The notes under the pieces: model-generated | What the model was told of the DNA's origin: nothing | Seen by the model: only the letters and a program-made list of their open reading frames with translations | The model's database searches: none | Made by a program: the position numbers and the translations under genes | Shown here: in pieces, positions 18,035-26,600 of the stretch | Numbering within the stretch: the stretch's first letter is position 1 | How the letters are laid out: each line of letters opens with the position of its first letter | Source of the DNA: Candidatus Iainarchaeum sp. | GTDB taxonomy: Archaea > Iainarchaeota > Iainarchaeia > Iainarchaeales > JAZDDZ01 | Assembly: GCA_043809245.1 (NCBI GenBank) | Contig: JAZDDZ010000010.1 | Coordinates: forward strand, 1-54,359 | Length of the DNA stretch: 54,359 bases | Reading direction: 5' to 3'

Positions 18035-20092
18035 ATGATTGAACGTCTTTCATTGGAGAATTGGCGCACGCATGCGAAAAGCGAGTTTGAGTTCGGGAAA
18101 GGAACAAATGTGCTTGTGGGCTCCATTGGCGCTGGAAAATCAAGCGTGATGGATGCAATTTGCTTTGCGTTGTTTGGAACTTTTCCTGCATTGAATGGAA
18201 AAAGGGTTTCACAGGAAGAGGTCATAACAAACAAGCCGAATCCCGCGGAGAAAGCGAAAGTGGAAATGGATTTCTCTTATGCGGGAAAAAACTATAGGGT
18301 GCAGAGGACAATTAACCGCAGGGGAAGCAATGAGGCAAAATTGTTTGAAGGGGAAAGGCTTTTGGCTGGGCCAAAGACAACAGCGGTAACTGAACGGATT
18401 GAGGGAATTTTGGAGGTAAACTTTGACTTGTTCAGCCGAGCGGTTTACTCAGAGCAAAACCAAATGGATTATTTTCTGAGGCTTTCGCCGAGGGACCGAA
18501 AGGAAAAAATGGATGAACTCCTGCAATTGGACAGGTATGAAACAGTGAGGGGAAACGCAGTCAGCGCCCTAAACCGCTTAAAAAAAACAGTTGATGACCG
18601 GAAAAAATGGGTTGAAGAGCAGGCAAAAAAATTCGACGAAAAAGGGTTAGAGGAAGCGAGGAAAAGGCTGAAGGAAAAAGAGGAAAAAGCCAAGGCAGTT
18701 GAAGCGGAAAGGGAAGGCGCAGAGAAAGCGCTGAAGGAAAAAGAGGAAACGCTGAAAAAACTTGAGGCAAAAGAAAAGGAGTTCCGCGCTCTAAATGAAG
18801 TCTTTTTGGGCGCAAAGGGAAAAAAAAGCGAACTGGAAAGGGAGTTAAGCGAAAGGAAAAAAGACGCAAAGGATTTCTCCGCGGAAAAAATCGCGGAAGA
18901 GGAGAAAAAAAACGCGGCGGAAATTGAAAGCCAGAGGAAAAAACTGGAAGAAAATGAATTGCTGGAAAAAGGGACAGAGGAAAAAATCAGGCAGGCACTG
19001 GAAAAAAAAGCCCAAGCGGAAGCACGCTTAAAGGATCTTAAGGAAGAAGAGCAGCAGCTCGGGAAAGCGAAGGGCCGCTGCCCTGTGTGCAAAAGCGAGT
19101 TAAGCCAGGAGGCACAGCATGCCTTGCTGGAGGAAAGCCTTTTGGAGGAGAAAAAAATTGCTGAAAAGGCAAAGGAATTCCTTGGGGAGAAAAACAAGCT
19201 TGAGGAAAAAAAAGCGCTGCTTGTTAAGGAAAAAAAGGCGTTTGAAAGGAAAATTGACGAACTGAAAGAGGAAAAGGCAGTATTGAAGGAAAAAGCGGAT
19301 TCATTAAAGCAAATTGAAAAAATTGAATTGTCATTGAAGAATGCGGTTGATGAAATGGCTGGCGCTGAGCAAAAAATCCAAAAGCTTGAATTTGACGAGC
19401 AGAAATTTTCCGGTGAAAAAGTTGAATTTGGCAAGGCAAAGGAAAAGATTCACGCGCTCAGGAAAGAGGCTGAATCGCAAAAAGAGCTTGCAAAGGAAAT
19501 CAGCGCAGGCATTGAAAGAATGGAGCAGGCAAAAAAACAGATTGAAGAAGCCGGCGGAAAAATCAGGGGCATTGAGGAAAAAAACGAAAAGCTATCCATT
19601 TTCGTGAATGCATTGAAGGCAACGCAGGCAGAGTTAAGGGAATCGCTTATAGGCGCGGTGAACGAGGCAATGGATGACATTTGGCCTAGAATATACCCTT
19701 ACGGCGATTATTTGAGCGCAAAAATTGCAGTGGATGAAGGCGAGTACGAGGTCATGGCAAAAGAGCGTTCAGGCAAATGGGTAAGGGTTGAGGGAATTTT
19801 GAGCGGCGGGGAAAGAAGCGCAGTCGCATTGACTTTAAGGACAGCGGTCTCGCTTGTCTTGGCGCAAAACCTTTCATGGCTTATACTTGACGAGCCAACG
19901 CATAACCTTGACACAAAAACAGTCGAGGGCTTAAGTGAGGTAATGAGGCAGCACCTGCCAACGTTAGTTGAACAGATATTCATCATAACGCATGACAAGG
20001 ATATGGAAAGCGCTGCAACAGCATCCCTATACGAATTGCAGAGGGAAAAAGGAGCTGATGCTGCAACAAACCCAAAAAAAATGGATTTTTAG
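18035..20092 (+). CDS. rad50: DNA double-strand break repair ATPase Rad50
   Basis: Walker A GSIGAGKS, coiled coils, CPVC zinc hook, LSGGE signature, LDEPT, IITHD. Confidence 0.9.
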   Translation: MIERLSLENWRTHAKSEFEFGKGTNVLVGSIGAGKSSVMDAICFALFGTFPALNGKRVSQEEVITNKPNPAEKAKVEMDFSYAGKNYRVQRTINRRGSNEAKLFEGERLLAGPKTTAVTERIEGILEVNFDLFSRAVYSEQNQMDYFLRLSPRDRKEKMDELLQLDRYETVRGNAVSALNRLKKTVDDRKKWVEEQAKKFDEKGLEEARKRLKEKEEKAKAVEAEREGAEKALKEKEETLKKLEAKEKEFRALNEVFLGAKGKKSELERELSERKKDAKDFSAEKIAEEEKKNAAEIESQRKKLEENELLEKGTEEKIRQALEKKAQAEARLKDLKEEEQQLGKAKGRCPVCKSELSQEAQHALLEESLLEEKKIAEKAKEFLGEKNKLEEKKALLVKEKKAFERKIDELKEEKAVLKEKADSLKQIEKIELSLKNAVDEMAGAEQKIQKLEFDEQKFSGEKVEFGKAKEKIHALRKEAESQKELAKEISAGIERMEQAKKQIEEAGGKIRGIEEKNEKLSIFVNALKATQAELRESLIGAVNEAMDDIWPRIYPYGDYLSAKIAVDEGEYEVMAKERSGKWVRVEGILSGGERSAVALTLRTAVSLVLAQNLSWLILDEPTHNLDTKTVEGLSEVMRQHLPTLVEQIFIITHDKDMESAATASLYELQREKGADAATNPKKMDF

Positions 20093-20106
20093 AAAAATTG
20101 AAAGAA

Positions 20107-20307
20107 TCAGTTGCTTGCTTCGTTTTTTTGCTGGATTATGCGTGAAATGAATCCCGCAACAAGATTGCGCTGGACTTTTGAGAATGGAAGGTCCATTGTG
20201 GCCAGGACTTCCTTGTTTTTATCAAAGTCAACTGAAAAGCTGCCTGGCATTTCATTTACCAGTTCCTCTGCCCTTACCTTGATTATTCTTGGAACCGCTT
20301 TGCCCAT
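20107..20307 (-). CDS. rps17e: 30S ribosomal protein S17e
   Basis: MG......IK..A.EL; FSVDFDKNK; SK..RNLVAGFI. Confidence 0.9.
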   Translation of the reverse strand: MGKAVPRIIKVRAEELVNEMPGSFSVDFDKNKEVLATMDLPFSKVQRNLVAGFISRIIQQKNEASN

Positions 20308-20308
20308 T

Positions 20309-20515
20309 TCAGCACACCTCAACTCGTTTCACGTCGCCTGTGGGATACTCCCTTATAACCGCAAGGGGAATTATTTTTGTGTCAAATTCTATTCTTGCAA
20401 TGTCCCTGTAAGTTGAGTCCTTTGGGGCTTTCGCCAGTGAAGGCGCGCCCAAGGACAACTGCAAAGCGCGGGCGCTAAGCAAACGCGCCCTCTCAAACCT
20501 TGTAATTTTATCCAA
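20309..20515 (-). CDS. rpoK: RNA polymerase subunit K (Rpo6)
   Basis: TRFERARLLSARALQLSLGAP; IIPLAVIR. Confidence 0.93.
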   Translation of the reverse strand: MDKITRFERARLLSARALQLSLGAPSLAKAPKDSTYRDIARIEFDTKIIPLAVIREYPTGDVKRVEVC

Positions 20516-20611
20516 TCAAATCACCAAAAAAACAGTGAACTTTGGGGGAAAATAACTAAGTAATTTCCCATGGAAAAGGGTTAAAAAACAGTTGGATGCG
20601 GGTGCATGCAG

Positions 20612-22138
20612 TCAGCGCCTGTTCCTTAAAACCACTGCCGGCGCAGGCAATGCGAATTCCCTTGAGAATTTTTGCGCCAAGGAAAGCGCGGAATCAGATG
20701 CAACAAAGGCCCGAAAAATGCTTGAAGAAAAGCACCTTGCGCCACTGGCCTTGCTGAATTCCCTGAACTTGAAAAGGGTTTCAGCTTGAACCGCCTCCAA
20801 TGCCCTTGCAATTTTTTCACTGAAAAACCTTGAAGCCGGGGAAAGCAAATGCATTGGAAAAATGCATAAAAAAGAATTAATGGCTTCAAGTGACTTGGAT
20901 TTGAAGAAGAAATCAGGGTCAAGGGAAAGCTGTTCAAGGGAAAAAAGCGTTTTGCCCTGTGAAGCGTTTTTCTCCATTGCCTCGACCGAGCGGCGGAGAA
21001 GCGAGATTTTTGAGTTAAGGGAATTTATTTCCCTTGAAAGAAAGGACTCGTTTTTAGTGCAAACCCATTCAAGGGCATTTCCTGAAAGAATGCGTATAGC
21101 GCCTTTGCCTTCAAGCTCCAAAGCGTCAGGCAAAAGCAATTGCGCCCTCGCGCCTTCATTGAAAGGCCCCAATGGAATTGACTGCATTGACCATTCGTTT
21201 TGAAAGGAAAGCCTCTCGTTTTTTGACGCGTTTTTTTCATGGAATTCGCGCGCGAATTTTTCGCTGAATGAATTGAAAAAAAAGCCGCTGGAAAGAAATT
21301 CAACTTCCACAAGGGAAGATGGAAGAACATTGTGTGCGGAAAAAGAATCGGGGGCACAGCAAGCGCAGTTAATGGATTCAAAGCCAAGGTTAAGGAAATC
21401 CGAGGAAAAAATGCTTGGCCAGATTCCCGTGAAGCTTAACTCTGTTGAATCCGCGGGAAAAAAATTCCTGTTTGATGCGGCAGCCCGGCTTTCGCTTTTC
21501 AGGTTTTCATGCTTGGGCAATGCAAAGTTGTTTTTGAAAAAAATTTTTTCAAGGAAAAGCTCGAGCTGGAGAAACTGCTGTTTTGGAACAAGCTCAAACG
21601 GAACAGTCAAAGCGAATGAAAGAGCAATCCTTTCAACCAAGCGTTCCGCTACAGATGAATCGCGCCTCAACATAGCGCCGAGTTCCGCGAAAACCGTCTT
21701 GCTAAGGAAAGGAAGAAAAGAATCAGGCACGGATGCGAACTCTTTTGATGAAATGCCTTCGGAGAAAAACTCGAACTCCTGGAAAAAACTCCAGTTGCGT
21801 TCAATCAAAAACTGCCTTGCGGGTTCAGGCATAACAGTCCTTGCATTGAAGAACTTCTGCAAAATGTTGTTAAGCTTCTTTAAAATTGAAAAATTTGGCG
21901 CGCAAACCTCCGCGGCACTTTGGGAAATACGCTTCACGGAAAAAACAGTCAGTTCGTTTTCCCTTGCAATCTCCCTGAAAAGGCCTATTGCCGCGTCATC
22001 AAGGGAAACAATGAGCTTTGGATGGAATTTAAAGCGCCTTACAATCCTTTTTCCGGAATTCTCAAACTGCAGAACAGCCTGCATTTTATCGTCAAGATAC
22101 TCCGCACTGGTTAAGTAAAGCGTATTGGGAGCGCTCAT
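20612..22138 (-). CDS. Degenerate, probably inactive family-B DNA polymerase-like protein
   Basis: LSFTGIWPSIF...NLGFESINCACC resembles motif A DF.SLYPSI...NISPET plus the PolB2-type C.CC; catalytic Asp residues and YGDTDS are absent. Confidence 0.55.
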   Translation of the reverse strand: MSAPNTLYLTSAEYLDDKMQAVLQFENSGKRIVRRFKFHPKLIVSLDDAAIGLFREIARENELTVFSVKRISQSAAEVCAPNFSILKKLNNILQKFFNARTVMPEPARQFLIERNWSFFQEFEFFSEGISSKEFASVPDSFLPFLSKTVFAELGAMLRRDSSVAERLVERIALSFALTVPFELVPKQQFLQLELFLEKIFFKNNFALPKHENLKSESRAAASNRNFFPADSTELSFTGIWPSIFSSDFLNLGFESINCACCAPDSFSAHNVLPSSLVEVEFLSSGFFFNSFSEKFAREFHEKNASKNERLSFQNEWSMQSIPLGPFNEGARAQLLLPDALELEGKGAIRILSGNALEWVCTKNESFLSREINSLNSKISLLRRSVEAMEKNASQGKTLFSLEQLSLDPDFFFKSKSLEAINSFLCIFPMHLLSPASRFFSEKIARALEAVQAETLFKFREFSKASGARCFSSSIFRAFVASDSALSLAQKFSREFALPAPAVVLRNRR

Positions 22139-22180
22139 GAAAAAATCAAGAATTTCCCGCCTTAAAAAGGCTTGGAGGGA

Positions 22181-22259
22181 GAGGGAGTGGATTGCCGGTG
22201 CGGATATGGGTGAATACAGGGGAGTTTATTGGCTTGCCTTTCGCAGTGAAGGCGCGGAT
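22181..22259. repeat. Conserved 79-bp intergenic element, copy A
   Basis: 61 of 79 nt identical, ungapped, to 30326-30404; lies between back-to-back TATA boxes. Confidence 0.85.
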
Positions 22260-22341
22260 AAAAGGTGCGCTTATTGAACCGCAAATGTTTTAAACCTCAA
22301 ATGCGTTCCTAATATACAATATTAAAGGGAGGTTGAATTTT

Positions 22342-22428
22342 ATGAGCAGCAAAAAGAAAAAGAAAAGCAGCAGCAAAAAAAGCAGCAGCAAGAAGTCCAA
22401 GTCATCAAAAAGCAGCAGTAGCTGGTGA
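22342..22428 (+). CDS. 28-aa Lys/Ser-rich microprotein (MSSKKKKKSSSKKSSSKKSKSSKSSSSW)
   Basis: GGGAGGT RBS about 9 nt upstream; TTTTAAA box at 22288-22294; T-rich tract downstream. Confidence 0.65.
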   Translation: MSSKKKKKSSSKKSSSKKSKSSKSSSSW

Positions 22429-22487
22429 TTCCTGAAGGATTATTCCGGAAAGGTCTTAGTTTTTTTATTTTTGTTTAGTGTTAAGGG

Positions 22488-23444
22488 GTGCTTAGGCAAA
22501 TGATTTCCAGTTTGATTGAATTAATTTATTCAACGTTCAGCCTGTTGTCCGGCTTGTTCACTGCCCTGCTTCCCAACATTTTTCAGCTCATAATCCTTTT
22601 GATAATTGCGGTAATTGCGTTTGTTGTCCTGAAAAGGGTTTTCACAAGGTTTTTTTTGCACGTTGTAAAGAAAAAACAGGAAAGAGACGTTTACCTTCAA
22701 ATTTACACCTATCTTTTCTGGTTCCTTGTGCTCGTGCTCATCCTTGTTTTTTTCTCACGGGACTTGACTGCCTTGGGCTTGAGCATCGGGCTTCTTTCCG
22801 CTGCACTTGGATGGGCACTGCAGAAACCGATAACAGGAATAGCTGCATGGCTAATGCTTATCATCAAAAAGCCTTTCAGGATTGGGGACAGGGTGATAAT
22901 CGGCTCGAATAAGGGGGACATTGCGGACATATCGGTTTTCTACATCAATTTAAGGGAAGTCGGCGGAACAGTTGCGGGTGACGAGTCAAGCGGCCGCGAC
23001 ATACTGATTCCAACCTCGATTATTTTTGACATGCCGATAATCAATTACACTTTCGAGGACAAGTATGTATTGGACGAGGTAACTGTTTCATTCACTTATG
23101 AAAGCAACCTTGAAAAAGCGGAAAAAATCGCAAGAGAGTCAGCTGAAGAGGCGACTGCAAACTTCGTTGAAGAGGCAAGGGCAAAGCCATTTGTCAGGTA
23201 CATTTTCACTGCAAGCGGAGTTGACATGAAGCTAAGGTATTACGTTGTTGCGGACCAAATGCAGAAATTCAGGCACGAAATAACAAAAACTGTCTGGAAA
23301 AAAATCTCCGCGGAAAAAGACGTGGAATTCGCCTACCCCCACACAGAGATTGTTTTCAAGGACAAAGGCGTTTTTGGGCAGGACAGCGGCGGCAGCGGGA
23401 GGATACAGAAAAAGCAGAAAAACAGCCAGTCAAGGATTGGCTGA
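22488..23444 (+). CDS. mscS: Small-conductance mechanosensitive channel (MscS family)
   Basis: ALGWALQ, KPFRIGDRV, IINYT and FAYP motifs. Confidence 0.9.
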   Translation: MLRQMISSLIELIYSTFSLLSGLFTALLPNIFQLIILLIIAVIAFVVLKRVFTRFFLHVVKKKQERDVYLQIYTYLFWFLVLVLILVFFSRDLTALGLSIGLLSAALGWALQKPITGIAAWLMLIIKKPFRIGDRVIIGSNKGDIADISVFYINLREVGGTVAGDESSGRDILIPTSIIFDMPIINYTFEDKYVLDEVTVSFTYESNLEKAEKIARESAEEATANFVEEARAKPFVRYIFTASGVDMKLRYYVVADQMQKFRHEITKTVWKKISAEKDVEFAYPHTEIVFKDKGVFGQDSGGSGRIQKKQKNSQSRIG

Positions 23445-23472
23445 GCAAATGGAAATTATTACAACGAATTAC

Positions 23473-23607
23473 TCAGAACTCGAATAAGTCTTCTGCGTCA
23501 TCGCCTTCCTCTGCAAGCCTCTTCAAAGAATAATAACGCCAAGGGTCTTTGGCGATTCTGTATCTGCCAGGTATTTGTTTAATCTTTTTCATTTTCTTCC
23601 CAGCCAT
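23473..23607 (-). CDS. 44-aa hypothetical microprotein immediately downstream of herA
   Basis: MAGKKMKKIKQIPGRYRIAKDPWRYYSLKRLAEEGDDAEDLFEF*; starts 8 nt after the herA stop. Confidence 0.45.
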   Translation of the reverse strand: MAGKKMKKIKQIPGRYRIAKDPWRYYSLKRLAEEGDDAEDLFEF

Positions 23608-23615
23608 TTTAATGC

Positions 23616-26600
23616 TCACAGGAATTCCTCTGCCTCTTTTTCCTTTTCGTCTTTTCCTTCCTCGAATTTTTTCGCGGCTTCCTCCAAGGAAATTTCATGC
23701 TTGGATTCCGCGGAATTGTTTTTGCGCACGCGGAAAAACACAGGAAAGTTGACTGCTTCCCCGACCAAAAGGCCTTCCCCAACGCGCAAAGAGGTGATCA
23801 TGTCAAGGCTTGCGCTGTCAATGCCCTCGGAGCTCTCGCCGATGTGCTTCAAGTCATATGGGTTGGTTACGCGCAAAATGAGGTGCGTGTTGCAGTTATG
23901 CGTTAAAAATTCATTTGCAAAAAAACAATGGTAATTCGGAACAGTAATATCCCGTACATCATTGAGTTCAATGGGCGTAATCTCGGTTATTTTGTCCCAA
24001 ATCAAACCCTGTGAAAGGTTTTCTGTTCTTTGATTCAGCCATTCAGAGAAACGCGGGATGTTATCGCAAGGCGCCAATCTTACCTGTTGGGCGGTCATCG
24101 AAGCCCAGTTATTTACTACTTTTTTGTTCATGTTATAAGTTAAACCTATTTCAGCGGCAGTTTTTTCGTTAGTTAGCCCATTAATTTTTTTCCAGAAAGA
24201 TACTTTTTCGGAAGTTTTTGTACCAATCCATTTTAAGTACTCCAAACAATTCAATGCATTCGCTCTTCTTTTAACCGAATAACGATAATTTACGTTACCA
24301 ATAAATTGAAGAATATTCTTGCGGTTTCTGCTTATCGAGATGATAAACTGAATCGTTTTTGCGCCATCTTTTCTAAACACATAGTCCCTTTTGTAGAGCG
24401 AACTTTCAACTCCAAATTCTTTAAAAAGATTAATAATCTGGCTGGCAAAAATTTCTCCATTGGATAAAAGATTCTCAACTTTAGAAAAAGGCAAAACAAG
24501 CCTTTCAGGAAACCTGTCTTTCTTCCAGCGAATTCCTGAACACTCGGCGCCACAAAAAGCCGCCAAAAATTCCCTCTTTATGTCCTTATCGCCGTTCAAT
24601 ATCCATTGTGGAACAAAAATGGCATTAGTTGTTTTGTTGCCGAGTGGCAAATCCAAAACTCGCAGTACAGCCCATAGCCCTACAACCCCTGTTTTGAAAT
24701 AGGTTGTTGTGCCTTTAATCATTCTTCTGCCAAAATCAACAAAATTTGAATAAGATATTTTCTCTTCCTTCGATATTTTCTGATTACTCTTGAATCCCAG
24801 TAATGACAAATCTTTCTTGATTTCACTAAGGTCTTCCTCGGAACCCGAATAAGTTATTCTTAGCAAATGTTGGTTTTCTGGATTTTTATAAGGTGGGTGC
24901 AGGGTTCCATCGCCAAAAATATGCCCCGTGAGCCTGGCAAGGGCAAGAACTTTGCTTTTTTCGATGTCTTGGTCAATGAGCCCGTTATCTCTCAAATTTT
25001 TGAATAATCTGGCTTGATTAATGGTATTCGGCAACAATTTAGCAATTTTTTCACTCGATATGTTAAGGATACACCTATCTCCGCCAGACGCTGGTCCCAC
25101 AGGAAGCACTGCCACAAAATCTCCGTTTTGCAAGCCCTCTGCTTTTATCCAACACTTATCCCTAACCCACAGCGGGTGATCTGCTGTGCAGTTAAGCGAC
25201 CTGCCTAATTCTGTAGAAATTTTAAAACAAGCCCTTTTTTCTGACGCAGGATTTAATTTTAAGTATGCTGATATCTGGCTTTTTTCTAGTTTACCTTCAA
25301 AAATATTGCAGCTTAAAATGCGGGCATCCTGCCAATTATTTTTTAATTCATCAATACTCTTCTGTTCTCCATCTGCAAGAATGACCTTGGTTTCAGGCGA
25401 AACACACTGGCTTAATGCGGTTGTGGAGAGGTTGATTGGGCGCTGGGAAATAAGGCAAAGCGATGCGCCGAACTTCCTTCCCTCCCTTGCGATTGTTTCA
25501 ATAATGCCTTTTGAAATAGCATATTCTTCTTTTGCCTGTGAAGGCGCAAACTGGTGCGCTTCCTCCACAACCAAAAGGAACGGCGCTATTGCCCTGCGCC
25601 TGCGCTCCTCAAAAAGCTTTTTCGCAAAATAGGCTACTATCACTTGTTTTTTCTTCATGTTGACTATATCGGAAAAATCAAGCACTGTGAGCTGCCCGGG
25701 CTTAACCAGGTCAGCCAAAGAAGGCAAATCGGTTTTTCCGAAAAGATAAAGTTCCTCAAGAGAGGCAATCCATGAAAGCAAAACCTTTGAGGTCTGCTCC
25801 TTCATTTCCTTGTCCCGCAAAATCTCGTTCCTGACATCAGCCAAGTCAAAGGGGCCTGAACCGCCCTTCATTTCGGATTTACGCCTTGAGAAAACGCGTT
25901 CAAGCTCCCTTTTCTGCGGCGCTGACAGGCCTGAGACAATGCTTGCAATCAAGCCGACACTTAATTTCGGCACGCCGATTTTTATGTCACGCGCCCTAAC
26001 AATTTTTGTCTTGGAACTGTAATCGCGAAACTTGCTTCCCGGATTTTGCTCTGCAAAGGAAACGTATTCCCCGTGGGCATCCAAAACAATTATTGAAATC
26101 CTTCCATCCTCTTTTTTGCGGTCAAGCAATTCCTCTATGACGCTTTTGACTGCAACGCTGTTATGAATTAAGAGATTATTAGCGACAAAATTTTTCTGCT
26201 CAGTGGAAAGGTCGTACACATATTCATATGCGGTCTTGACTTCAGTTATTTCTTTTATCATGTCATAGAAAACCGGGCAACCTGAAAGTTTTTTCAGCAT
26301 TTCAATTTTACTTGTGGCTTGCAACAACATTTGTTCCGACTCACTGGCGCAAATTCTGAGCTTTTCAGCCAATTTTAAGACCGTTGAATAGGCTGGCTTC
26401 CTTTGGCGTTGCGAATACTCGTATGTTGCTCCCCTGTGAATGTTGGCTGATTTGCAGATTTCATTTAATTCATAGCCAAGCGTTTTAATCAGCACGTGCA
26501 TTTTATTTATTGCTTCGCATAAATCTAGGTTCGCAACTGACAATATTTGCTGATTGCTTTTGCCTTGGATTTTAAACGAATTTTCAGCAAGTAAAAATGC

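Noticed and set aside
20428-20448. CTTTCGCCAGTGAAGGCGCG as a third copy of the 79-bp element
   Set aside because: Lies inside rpoK coding sequence and matches only the variable hairpin of copy A; probably chance
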